Below the pieces are notes generated by a model. It was not told the origin of the DNA. It made no database searches and saw only the letters and a list, made by a program, of their open reading frames with translations. A DNA stretch of 64,000 nt from Batkoa obscura. Taxonomy: Eukaryota. The DNA is taken from contig JASVEC010000013.1 of NCBI GenBank assembly GCA_030770535.1, positions 930,001 to 994,000 of the forward strand, given 5' to 3'. Made by a program: the position numbers and the translations under genes. Numbering within the stretch: the stretch's first letter is position 1; each line of letters begins with the position of its first letter. Shown piece by piece: positions 24,707 through 36,578 of this stretch.

Positions 24707-24861
24707 TAGCTGCTCCAACTTTACTAAAATTATTAACTATTCATTTAAAATACAATTTTGCTAAAATCAAACTGGAATATAATTTAGCTATTAAAAAACC
24801 AAACAATCATCTAGCTCTAAAAATTATTACAAATTAGGTCATGATAGAGTTACAACAGCTG
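24707..24861. mobile_element. MITE family B copy
   Basis: TA-TAGCTGCTCCAACTTTA...TAGAGTTACAACAGCTG-TA; colinear with 62241-62406. Confidence 0.65.
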
Positions 24862-24866
24862 TATAT

Positions 24867-24962
24867 GGGGATGTATTTTATTGTTTAATAATTTTACTAA
24901 CAATTTTTCCACTCAAATAGCGCTTAAAGAATGGAAAAAATAATGAAACCAAAAAACACCCC
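24867..24962 (+). mobile_element. MITE family A (Sola-like, ATAT TSD)
   Basis: ATAT-GGGGATGTATTTT...AGCGCT...TGAAACCAAAAAACACCCC-ATAT. Confidence 0.9.
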
Positions 24963-24968
24963 ATATTA

Positions 24969-25155
24969 GGTCGTTCACATTGTTCTAGCACAAATTCATG
25001 TGCATAAAAAACTACCAATTTTTGGTTGCAATAGTAAATTTTTCTTAATAGTAAAAATGAAAATTTTTTAGCGTAAATTTTTTGATGGTATTGCAACTAA
25101 TAATTGACCAGTTTTTTGATATGCATGAATCTATACTGGAATATTTCGAATGACC
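24969..25155. mobile_element. MITE family C (PIF/Harbinger Tourist-like)
   Basis: TTA-GGTCGTTC...GAATGACC-TAA with long imperfect inverted arms. Confidence 0.6.
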
Positions 25156-25234
25156 TAATAAAGTCACTTTAATTACAAAAAAAATAAGCTCAAAAAACCC
25201 ATTTTAGTCTAATTAGCAAATTAAACTTGATAGC

Positions 25235-26782
25235 ATGAAACTACTATCAAAATCTATAGAAAGGGATGGCTCAGGGTATGTGCGCTTAACGTGCGAAGAA
25301 GACGAAGACATGTGGCATGTATATAATTTATTAAATAAAGGGGATCAATTAAAGTCGAGTACAGAGAGGTAAGAAAAACTACATACAACTAAAAGAAACA
25401 AAAGTAACAAGACAAAACTAGACGCGTACGATTAGACACTGCTACAGGCTCAGCGGATAGTACACGAGTAAAGTTAACAATAACAATCTCAATAACTGAG
25501 ATCGAGTTTGATACTTCTACCTGTCTTCTTCGAATTAACGGTAAAAATATAACGGAAAATAAATATATCAAAGTAAGTGAAGCCAGCATTTTAATTGATT
25601 TAACTAAAAACTATTAAAGCTGGGTGCTTTTCATACTATTGACTTGGAACTAAACCAAACGTTCACGTTAATTAAAGAACATTGGGATTCGATGGATATG
25701 GAGAGAATTAAGGATGCTTGTGACGTTACCAAAAGTGCAGAAGTGGCCGCTATTGTGCTACAAGAAGGTAAAATAATAAAACCAGTTTCAAGGTTAATTA
25801 CTTATCTTCTCTAAGGGCTTGCTAACGTTTGTTTGGTCACAAGTCATATGACCATAGTTAGGCAAAGGATCGAGGCGCCCATTCCAAGAAAAAGAAGAGG
25901 ATCAGTTACAAATCACGAGAAAGTAAATTTAGTTTATTATAAATTGGTTTGAACTAACTGCATTTATTACTAGGGTTTACTAAGATTCTTCGAGCAAGTT
26001 TATCAAGCGTTGATATTACATTTTAATTTTGAAGTATTAAAGGTTATTATTATTGCTGGGCCTGGGTTTATAAAAGTAAACTACTATATTGCTATAAAAT
26101 TTAATACTAAATTATTTAGGATCAATTTTATAGCTATATCTTTGACCAAGCGATAGTAAATATCAACTTATTATATAAATACTAAAAACTAATATTAAAA
26201 ATGTAGAAACAAGACAATAAAGTAATTTTACAAAACAAATTTAAATTTATTGCAATCCATGCTTCAAGCGGACACAAGCATGCCTTACAAGAAGTGATGG
26301 CAGATCCAACGATTAAGATCAAGATGAGTGACACTAAAGCCACCCGTGAAGTATCTGCCTTGGACAAATTTTATGCCATGCTAGATAGGGACCCAGATCG
26401 TGCATTTTACGGTATCCAACATGTCAAATTAGCAAATCAATCTGGAGCTATTCAAACACTTTTAATTACGGACGAATTATTTAGGTAGAAATTATGTAGA
26501 CGGGAATATAAAAGTATAGTTTAGTAATCTTTTTTATATTAGATCAGCTGATATTCCAACAAGGAAGATGTATAATAAAATGGTACAACAGACAAGGAAT
26601 TCAGGTGGTGAAGCACTTGTTTTTTCAAGTTTACATATATCTGGTGAGCGTAAGATTTTTATTTTTATTTTTACAAACGTTAGTTATAATCTGTTTTAGA
26701 ACTCAATCAGTTGTCTGGTATTGCTGCTATTCTTAAATTTCCTTTGCCCGATATTGAGGATATTGAGGTTGAAGAAGGATAA
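25235..26782 (+). CDS. DOM34: Pelota/Dom34 ribosome rescue factor, multi-exon
   Basis: N-terminus [32 protein letters not shown]; also [36 protein letters not shown] and [13 protein letters not shown]. Confidence 0.96.
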
Positions 26783-27134
26783 ACTTAATTAAATAAAAAC
26801 AATTTAAAGGTAGTTAAGGATCACTAATGAAAGGAAATTGGTTTGTGTTATAGGTCTTAATATTAAAACATTAAAAGTATAGAACTTCATTAAATGAAAT
26901 AAATATTACATATCTAATTCTGTCATACTTGAACGTTAGTGTAAATATGAGTAGAATAGAAAATGTAATATGGTTGAATTTTGTTATAATTATGTCTTAC
27001 CTATCAATTTTAAATAATTACCAATTAGTCAATCTAAAAACATACTTAATTCTTTATTCTAGAATTAAAAGTTTATAAAGTTTAGCATAATAATAACGAT
27101 AATTTATTTGAATAATTTCTTAAAATAAAATAAT

Positions 27135-29122
27135 TTAATTTTTAAATACTTTTTTTACACTTTTCTCTGTTTGGGATTGATCATCATTTTCTGATCTTCT
27201 CTTTTTAGCCCTTAGTACCTGCGTAAGGCTCTTTTTATTAAGCTTCTTTTTATTGAGTTTCTTTTTATTAGTCACAGTATCTACTTTATCTAATTAAAAA
27301 AATTTAGCCAAATTTAAATAAACACAATAAGTTACCTTTCTTTAAATGGTTTTTAGCTAACTCAATATAGCTATATTGCTTTTCTTCAACTTCCCCTTTT
27401 TCTACCAAAACATAAGATAGAAAACAGGCTTGTTTATATAAATTTTCTCTTTCGGTTTCAAAGTTAATTAACCTTGGTTTCCTAGAGTCATCCATACAAT
27501 AATATTGATTCTTATCATTCCTAATAACCGTAATATAGTGCCCTCCTTGTGAACTATTTACTGCACTATCATGTAAAATGATAGAGTCTAATTGATACTT
27601 GGCAGTCTGATCATTGACTGTGTATTCGGATACATCCAACATAGTTGGGAACTCGACCGAACTTTCAATTTTTGTTGTAGGATCCATGTCATCAACTCTG
27701 TTAAGTTTAATGAATAAAACCTTTGCAGGTTTACTTATTTTGTGAATCTTTTTACCACCTCTACATTCATTTTTACATTGTGGCTCTTCCTCACCACATT
27801 GTGAACATTTAAATTCAATATCTTCAACTGCAAATTTTTCATTTAAACATTCATAAATGTTTTCAAGAGGATAAGCAAACACACCATCAGGTGTCTGGTA
27901 ATATTTCAATATTGGAACTTCCAAAAAAAAATCAGTAAAAAAATGATTTGACTCATGTCCCGTTAAGCCACATAAAGTTGTATCTCTCATAATTGTACTA
28001 AATACTTGACAAACTGGGTTATCCATTTTGTTAATGTGATAAAATGACCTAATAAAACTATTAGTTAAAGTTTTTGTATACTACTAGTTAACCTACCAAT
28101 CATTAATCATATTAGCAAAGCACTTTTCAAGCAATTCAAGCAAAAGTAAGCCAAATTCAGATGTATCTCTCATTGCGTTAGTACTTGTATCGGCCTTAAT
28201 CATTTGTCCTAAAATAGTCAGCATCGTTATAGCATCAGTTAAATATTATTTACCTTCAATATAATAATACAATCCAAAAAAATAAGTCTCTATAATTTCA
28301 CCACTGTAAATTGATGGTAATGCTTTTCGAAAGAAGCATAATAAACATGTGGACTCATTCTTAAACCCATGGATACCTTTAAGAATATAAGTATTATTAA
28401 ATACAAATAAAATTAACCTACATTTGAATTGTACTTGAGACATGATTAAATCTTTGAATAAATTCAGATTAAATATGCACTGTAAGAATGCGTTTGCATA
28501 GCAGAAAAAACTCTGGTTCGCTAAACCAGCACCGTGATCTCTTTTATATGGATAACCGTTTGTGGTAATTAAAGTTGGATAACTTGGCTTATAGGGAGCT
28601 AACTCTCCATCTTTAGCAATCTTAAGAACATCATTCTCATTTACAATGTTCATTTCGTTGACATGTACGACTAAAACAAATAAAAATTAGTGTATTTCTA
28701 GATACAGTAAACTCATATCTTACATTCTCCAACATTACCAAACACGAAAACATCTCTTCCATCTTTTGATTGTTTAATTTCGTCAAGCATTCTAACTCTT
28801 TTTATTGAGTCAAAAACAGGATTACTTGCAACGGTTTTAACTGAAGGGACTTCAGGAATTAAATGAGTTATTTTGACTATATTATTCATTTATATTATGG
28901 CTTACTGTTTTCATCAACATTGCTTTCAACAGTAACATCATTTTGAATGCTTAACTGTCCTTCTGCAACAACGCCGAGGGCACTGGATTCTTCTCTTTCG
29001 AGCTTAACAGTATTGCTGTCGTTTTGTTGACCATCCTCAGGCTCAGAGGAGATTGGATTACCAAGTTGTTTACGTAAGTAAGCAAATCCCTTGGACAAAC
29101 TGTCTTTTGCTTTGTTATACAT
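27135..29122 (-). CDS. Ubiquitin-specific protease (USP, C19), multi-exon
   Basis: Cys box GLANQSFFCYANAFLQC, His box GGHY, Asp motif CMDDS, and a Lys-rich tail. Confidence 0.88.
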
Positions 29123-29272
29123 ATTTTTGAAAAAATTTAAAAATAAAATAAAAGTTCCTTTTCTTAATTTACTTAACTGTAAAAAAATAGGCCAATTTTG
29201 ATAAAAGTCCACTTATATTTGTTCTTTACCTTTAATTGAGCAATGATTAGTGGACTAAATTTCATCCCTTAT

Positions 29273-29536
29273 CAGGTAAAAAATAGTCTGAGCGGCTAAA
29301 ATTAAGTAAAAAAAGTGGGCAAAAATTAAAGTAATTTAAACTAATAGAGGTAGTTTTATTAAGTTTAAATTTAAATAATAGTTTTTTATATAAAGTATTA
29401 ACTTTTATTATAAAAATTGCTGACTAAGTTTAAATTTGATAAATTTACCCTTATCAAAATTAAATTACTTTAATCTTTGCTTGCTTAAAATTTTTTTTAA
29501 ATTTGACTTTAACTGCTTGGACTGGTTTTTTACCAG
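29273..29536. mobile_element. Putative MITE (family D)
   Basis: Imperfect inverted termini CAGGTAAAAAATAGTCTGAGCGG / CTGCTTGGACTGGTTTTTTACCAG, plus internal inverted ATTAAAGTAATTT / AAATTACTTTAAT. Confidence 0.45.
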
Positions 29537-30027
29537 TTTTTATTTATAATAAAAAATATACTATAAAATTTTTATATTGTTTTAAACTGATTTTTAAGCT
29601 ATTTTTTAATTATTTTATAAATACTTGTAAATATTTTAAATTGAATAAACTAAATAATAATAAATAATAATAAATCTAATAATTTTTTATTATGTTCTAA
29701 ATAGTGTTTAACAGTGTTTGATAGTTTTAATTCTAATTACTATTATTCTAACATTAGAAAAACTATGTAGATTGTGTTTTTATATAATTTTATAAAAACA
29801 TTAAATTTTTTTTAATAAAACATAGTAAAATTTATTTTGAAGTAAATAAAATTTTAAAATATATAAGGATGTTTAAATTAGTTTCAGAATTTACTTAATT
29901 AGTTTAAATTTTAAGTTTTAATTATAGATCTTTAATATATAATTGATTAAATTTAAAAAAACTTAATTAAGTAAAAAAATTTAACTTAAAAGACTTATTT
30001 TAGTCATTTTATTTCTTTTAATTATAT

Positions 30028-30116
30028 GGGAATGTTTTTTTTTGCTTTTATTACCTTTTCCATTTTTTAAGCGCTATTTGAGCGGAAAAAATAATGAAAC
30101 CAAAAAAAACATCCTC
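30028..30116. mobile_element. MITE family A, variant with two like ends
   Basis: ATAT-GGGAATGTTTT...AGCGCT...TGAAACCAAAAAAAACATCCTC-ATAT. Confidence 0.8.
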
Positions 30117-30120
30117 ATAT

Positions 30121-30218
30121 GGGGGTATATTTTTGTGTTTAAGAATTTTACTAACAATTTTTCCACTCAAATAGCGCTTAAAAAATGGAAAAAATAATGA
30201 AGCCAAAAAAACAGCCCC
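30121..30218 (+). mobile_element. MITE family A
   Basis: ATAT on both sides; shares one ATAT with the previous copy. Confidence 0.9.
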
Positions 30219-30592
30219 ATATAAGCTTTTATAATTAAACTTTAAAATAGAATTTTTAAAAATCTTAATATGATAAAAAAAGCACACAATATAAACATTA
30301 TGATTTATTTATATTGATTTTAACAATTATTTATAATAATCCAGAGTTTATACCATTTTATAATATAATAAAATAAAAACATACTATTAAAGTTTACTAT
30401 TAATAATAATAAATTTAATTAAGTAATATATAAAATTAATGTTTTAAAAAAATAAAAAATAAAAAATAAAATGTAACATTATTACCAATTATAGTTTTAA
30501 TATATATTTTTGATAAATATAAGAGTTTTAGATTCAATATAAATAGAAATTAACATAATCATTTGAAAATAATGAATAATAGTAATAAATAT

Positions 30593-30900
30593 TGTGAAAG
30601 TTGATACTCAGTGGTAGGAGTTAAAAGCTACCCTTGCTTAATTAGCTTGCCTTGAGTCGAACGGTCTTAGTTTATGTAACTAAGATAGATTTAATACTAT
30701 AAAATCTATATAAGATGTCGTCAGAAAGACTTAGTGACTCTATTAATGATACGTTATCAGGGAGTAATTCAATTAAAAAGCCTCGAGTTAGTATGTAGAA
30801 GAATCTCTTTTATATTCCAACTGGGTGGCTATATATAAGGAACTCTGAATTGATTATTATATTATAATCAATCTTAGAGCTAATAAAGCGATGTTTCACA
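30593..30900 (-). repeat. Solo LTR, internally deleted
   Basis: TGTGAAAG...TTTCACA, homologous to 6136-6535, flanked by ATAT/ATAT. Confidence 0.88.
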
Positions 30901-31445
30901 ATATTTATTAAATAATATATATATTAAATAAAAGTAAAAAGATAATATATAATAAATATTTTAATAATTTAAAAAATAAAGCAGCATCTAAGTCAATATT
31001 CTTTAAACACATATTAAATAATTTCAAAAATGCAGTAAAAAAAACAGATTTATATTATATATGTGCTTAGTATATAATTTTTTTAAAATTATTTAAAGAC
31101 AAAATAAATACAGTAATAAGAAATAAAACAAAAATAAACAAAAAATATAATAATAATAAAAAGTTATATAAATTATGTAAATTTCATATTAATATTTAAA
31201 AGACATATTTAATAAAACTATTAAAAATTAAATAATAAAAGTCATATAATAATTCCAAACTTTAAATAAAATACAAAAATAAAAATAAAAATAAAAATAA
31301 ATCCAGTTTTAATAAATTTAAATTACTATAATAAACAAGCTATGTTAATGTTAAAATTCAGTGTTTTATATTTGGAAATAATGAAACAGTAGGTAAAGTT
31401 TATTTTAGTTATCTATTTAAAATATTAAATTATAATTTAAAATAT

Positions 31446-31544
31446 GAGGATATGTTTTTTTGTTTAAGGATTTTACTGATAGCCTTTCCACTCAAATGGT
31501 GCTTAAAAAATGGAAAAAGTAATAAAACCAAAAAAAACACCCCT
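31446..31544 (+). mobile_element. MITE family A
   Basis: ATAT on both sides, whereas the homologous empty site in the first transposon copy (near 7633) has a single ATAT. Confidence 0.9.
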
Positions 31545-31727
31545 ATATATAAAAAACTGTTTAATTAATTTAATATCTAAAAAGCTTTTATTTAAAAAGT
31601 TTATAAAAATTAATATATAGGTAGATATAAGAAATTGTTTTAAATTTTAAAAGTTTTTATATTATATATTTAAAAAAATTATAAAATAAATGGTAGTTTA
31701 AATTTTGATTTTGATCTTTTTGCTAAA

Positions 31728-32222
31728 TGTGAGAGTTGATACTCAGTGGTAGGAGTTAAAAGCAGCTATTTCTTGGTCAACTTGGCTTGAGTCGAACGGT
31801 CTTAGTTTATATAACTAAGATAGACTTAACTTAATAGAAATAATACGTATAAACTACGAATTATGTAAAACAAATACAATGGAAGATACTACTGTAAAAT
31901 CTATGTAAGATGTCGTCAGAAAGACTTAGTGGCTTTATTAATGGTACGATATCAGGGAGTAATTCGGTTAAAAAGCATCGAGTTAGTATGTTGAACAATC
32001 TCTTTTATGCTCCAATAAGTATGAATATCAAAACGAGAGGATGATATTGTTTGCAATGTGAAGTTAGGAATTCTCGCAGCAAATCAAAATAAGGGACCTC
32101 TGGATTGATTATACCACATGGATCATGGTCAAATTGATTACAAGACTACAACTAGTTTTGTAAACAAGTTAAATCATTATTATCTTATAATTAATCCGAG
32201 AGCTGATAAGCATTATTTCACG
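31728..32222 (-). repeat. Solo LTR
   Basis: TGTGAGAG...TTTCACG flanked by TAAA/TAAG; interrupts the transposase relic at the FAEHH codons. Confidence 0.88.
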
Positions 32223-32580
32223 TAAGCGTTATAAAAAAGTTATAATATAAAGATTTGAAAAAAAATTATAATGGAAAAATAGTTTTAAAGCATTAGGTAA
32301 AATAAAAAATATTAATTAATTAATTTTAAAATTTGAGATTTTTATTTATAAACATAATAAAATTAATAATTTAACTGCTGATAATAAGAAAGCAAATATA
32401 ATTTTTAAAAAGTATGAAAGAAACAAAAGTATTAAAAAAAATATAAAAAATATAAAAAATATAAAGTATTAAAAATATTTATACTTTATTAAATATAATA
32501 TTAAATTATATTATTATTTAATATCTAGTAGATTTAAAAAATTAATATAATTTTAATTAAAATCATAATATTTATTAAAT

Positions 32581-32677
32581 GGGAGTGTTTTTTGGCTTCA
32601 TCACTTTTTTCATCTTTTAAGCACTATTTCAGCGGAAAAATTGGTAGTAAGATTCTTAAACAAAAAAATACATCCCC
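32581..32677 (-). mobile_element. MITE family A
   Basis: GGGAGTGTTTTTTGGCTTCA...AATACATCCCC-ATAT. Confidence 0.88.
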
Positions 32678-33752
32678 ATATTTTAATATTTAAAATTCAA
32701 CTGAAAGCATTTATACAAAAATTAATTTTAATTATTTTAAATTAACAAATAAAAATATTTAAAATAAAATAATATTTGATTTATTTTTATTTTTAAGTTT
32801 TTAACCTTTATTCTTTTATAAATTAAATTAATTTCATAAATAAATGTTTATTAAGCTTTTATAATATTTATAATAGAAATTGTATAGTTTATAGCTTTTT
32901 TTCAAATAATTTTTAATTTTTCTGAAAAAAATCCAATAAAAACTATTTATGTAAATTTTATATTTCTATTTAAATATAAAAAATCTTTAATTTCTTATTA
33001 TAAAAGATCAATAAGTTTAATAAATATTTGTAAATGTCTTTTATTTGGTTAGATACAAGTAATTACTTTATATGAATTCGAAAATTGTTTTTAAACTAAC
33101 AATTAATCAATATTGAATATAAAGAATTATCAAAATTTATTTTAAACTAAAATAATCAAGCTGTTTTGCTTTTAAAACGAGATGTATTTTTTTTAACAAA
33201 ATCAGCATTTTTTACAGTTAATAGCACTTAATGAAAAAAATGATAAAACTAAAAAGTACTTCAAAAGTAACACTTTGTGAATATTTTTTATCTTTTATTG
33301 CATTTATATTTTGAGTTTGCGTCAATTGATTCGATGCAAAAACTTCCAATCCAATCATCATTGAATTTTTTATCTTTTTAATTTGAAAGCCACTATTTAA
33401 AAATCAATGATTAAAATCCCATTCAAAATTAATAATCTCAATTTACTTATATAAAAAAATAAAAATCTCTTTCTATCTTCATTGAGTTTAAAATAAATTA
33501 ACTTTCTATCGTTTGAAAGCAATTTTATGAACTTTCTAGAATTTTACTTCAACAATGTTTTTTTAACTTTTATTGCATAAATTGATAGATGGAATAAATA
33601 TCTTTGTATCATTATACTTCTGTTTATCTTTTTTATTTAGAATACTATCATCAAGAAATGACTATTGAAAGCCGTTTACTTTATGGATATCTCATTAAAA
33701 TTTAACCCATCGTAATTTAAAATTCTTCAAAATAGAAAAAATTTTCATTTTA

Positions 33753-33835
33753 GCCAATCAAAAAATACGTTATCACTTTTGATTGGCATAAAATTTTTAC
33801 AATTTTCATGGGTAAAGGGTCGTATATAAATGACC
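33753..33835 (+). promoter_or_regulatory. Putative RPS2 promoter (inverted CCAAT pair and TATA box)
   Basis: GCCAATCA at 33753, TGATTGGC ending 33787, TATATAAA at 33823-33830. Confidence 0.5.
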
Positions 33836-33990
33836 TGAAATTTTCATTTTTGACTCGTTCTCTCTAACTTATTGTTTGTTTTGATAAAGCGTTTTTTTAA
33901 TAAAACCATTTATCATTTGTATATCAGCTTTAAGGTCGATTTAAACTCAACTCATTTTCTTAAACCCTACATCGAACAACCATTATTAGA

Positions 33991-34788
33991 ATGGCTGACA
34001 GTGCTGTAGCCGATACTCGTGGCTCCCGTGGTGGATTTGGTCGTGGTCGTGGAGCTGGTGGCCGTGGACGTGGTCGTGGTGGCCGTGGACGTGGTGGCCG
34101 TGGAAGACAAGAAGAAAAGGAATGGGTCCCAGTTACTAAGCTTGGACGTCTTGTCAAAGATGGTAAGATCAAATCCATTGAACAAATTTACCTTTTCTCT
34201 CTCCCAATTAAGGAGTTCCAAATCGTTGATTTCTTTTTACCAAAACTTAAGGATGAAGTCATGAAGATTATGCCAGTTCAAAAACAAACTACTGCTGGTC
34301 AACGTACCCGCTTTAAGGCTTTCGTTGTCATTGGTGATGGTGATGGTCATATTGGTCTTGGTGTTAAGTGCTCTAAGGAAGTAGCTACTTCTATTCGTGG
34401 TGCAATTATTCTTGCTAAACTTTCTATTATTCCAGTTCGTCGTGGTTATTGGGGAACTAATCTTGGTGAACCCCATACCGTACCAATTAAGGTCACTGGT
34501 AAGTGTGGTTCCGTTATTACTCGTTTAGTACCAGCCCCACGTGGTACTGGTATTGTTGCTGCACCAACTCCAAAGAAGGTACTTCAACTTGCTGGTATTA
34601 CTGATTGTTATACCTCCTCCCGTGGTTCTACCAGAACTCTTGGTAACTTTGTTAAAGCTACCTTTGCTGCTATTGGTAACACCTACGCTTTCCTCACCCC
34701 AGATCTCTGGACTGAAACTAAGTTCTCTAAATCACCATACCAAGAATTTACTGATCATCTTGCTAAAACTCATAAGAAGAAATATTAA
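33991..34788 (+). CDS. RPS2: 40S ribosomal protein S2 (uS5)
   Basis: RG-rich N-terminus, [13 protein letters not shown] and [11 protein letters not shown]; strong codon bias. Confidence 0.99.
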   Translation: MADSAVADTRGSRGGFGRGRGAGGRGRGRGGRGRGGRGRQEEKEWVPVTKLGRLVKDGKIKSIEQIYLFSLPIKEFQIVDFFLPKLKDEVMKIMPVQKQTTAGQRTRFKAFVVIGDGDGHIGLGVKCSKEVATSIRGAIILAKLSIIPVRRGYWGTNLGEPHTVPIKVTGKCGSVITRLVPAPRGTGIVAAPTPKKVLQLAGITDCYTSSRGSTRTLGNFVKATFAAIGNTYAFLTPDLWTETKFSKSPYQEFTDHLAKTHKKKY

Positions 34789-35676
34789 ATCGCTCTTTGA
34801 GTATTGAAATTCTTTTATAAATAAAAATTTATTTCAAAATTTCAAAATTTGAGTTTTTTGGTTAAATATTTAATTTTAAACCGAAATTTTCAAGTGCTTT
34901 TTATTGTATTTATTTTGAATGTAAAGTCCTTTTATAACTATATTTTAAAGCAAGTCTAATTTATTGTTTTTTTATTTACTTCATCTTCCATCTTTTATTT
35001 TTCTTTATCAATATGAAATTATAGTTTAGTTTAAAAATATCCCATTGTCTCATACAATCCTATTCTTTTTATATTTTAATCATTAAATAGGATTAGTTGA
35101 GCAGTAGAAAACATAGCGAATAATATCAAGTTTTACCAAAATTTTGAGTCTAATTAGAAAAAAAATCAAATATATCTTACTTCAATATATTTAACACAAG
35201 TATTTTGAAATTTGTCTAGTTTTGAGCTACACTCCTTTTCTAACGCTTAGTTTACTTTGATGTTTTAATTTTTAGTCATTTTAATTTAATTTAAATAAAG
35301 TTTAAATTCTTAGTTTAATTTTTACTTAGTTTTTTGAATTCATTAATATAATTTTACTTAGATTACAAAAATGAACTTGAAAATAATTAAGCAAAAATTT
35401 AAAAAATAAATTCAATTTTATTTATTTGTTTATAATTTTGTAAAATTGATTTTTTATTTAACATTATAATAATTTTAAAAATTAAGTTTTTAAATTAATT
35501 CTAAGTTTTATTTCAGTTTAAGTTAATAATATTTAATTATTTAAAACAAATCAACATTAGTATTAATAAATGAGAATATATTAATTTAATCTTTTTTTAT
35601 ATTAATACATTTAAAACCAATAATTATCATATTTCAATTAAGATAGTAATTAAACTAGTTAAGCAAAACAGAATAT

Positions 35677-35775
35677 GGGGCTGTTTTTTTTGGCTTCATT
35701 ATTTTTTTCGTTTTTTAAGCGCTATTTGAGCAGAAAAATTGTTAGTAAAATTCTTAAACACAAAAATACATCCCC
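35677..35775 (-). mobile_element. MITE family A
   Basis: ATAT-GGGGCTGTTTT...AATACATCCCC-ATAT. Confidence 0.9.
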
Positions 35776-35789
35776 ATATATAAAATTAA

Positions 35790-36227
35790 AACTTGATTAT
35801 AACACAACAATCACTTAAGTTGCTGTATTCTCAAGTTCAAATACAATCAATTCAGAGTCCTTTATTTTGATTTGCTGCGAGAATTTATAACTTCATATTG
35901 CAAACAATATTATCCTCTCGTTTTGATATCCATACTTATTGGAGTATAAAAGAGATTCTTCAATATGATAACTCGAGGCTTTTTTAATTGGATTACTCCC
36001 TGATAACGTATCGTTAATAAAGTCACTAAGTCTTTCTGACAACATCTTATATAGATTTTACGGTAGTATCTTCCATTGTATTTGTTTACATAATTCGTAG
36101 CTTATTACGTACTATTTCTATTAAGTTAAGTCTATCTTAGTTATATAAACTAAGACCGTTCGACTCAAGGCAAGTTAATTAAGCAAGAGTAGCTTTTAAC
36201 TTCGACCACTAAGTATCAACTTTCACA
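35790..36227 (+). repeat. Partial solo LTR (left end missing)
   Basis: Reverse complement of the 30593/31728 LTRs, ending ACTTTCACA at 36227. Confidence 0.85.
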
Positions 36228-36307
36228 TCATTACTTTTTCTATCTTTTAAGCACTATTTGAGTGGAAAGATTGTCAGTAAAATTATTAAACAAAAAAATA
36301 CATCACC
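36228..36307 (-). mobile_element. MITE family A, truncated at the LTR junction
   Basis: TCATTACTTTTTC...AATACATCACC-ATAT directly after the LTR's CA end. Confidence 0.8.
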
Positions 36308-36578
36308 ATATATTTGATTTAGTTTTATTAATTAAAAAAAATTGAATTTAGTTTTAGTTGTTATAAAATAATTTATACTTTATAAACTTAATATTTTAAT
36401 AAACAAGTAATTATTTCTTCATTATATATATTAGTTTAAAAAAAAGTATTAATATAATAATTGAAGCATACTAAAACAGCATAAACTCAAAATATCTTTA
36501 AATTTCATAAGAAATATTCAATTCTTTATAAACAAATAAAAACTACTTTTTATTTTATCAATTTATCAATCATTCAAC

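Larger units (their letters stand above)
29865..32730 (+). mobile_element. Hypermutated second copy of the Sola2-like transposon with nested insertions (3' limit approximate)
   Basis: Left TIR ATAT-AAGGATGTTTAAATTAGTTTCA. Colinear with 6607-8210 (e.g. 31040-31440 vs 7245-7635). Right TIR not found. Confidence 0.85.

Noticed and set aside
33960..34807. ORFs overlapping RPS2
   Set aside because: By-products of biased codon usage and RG repeats.
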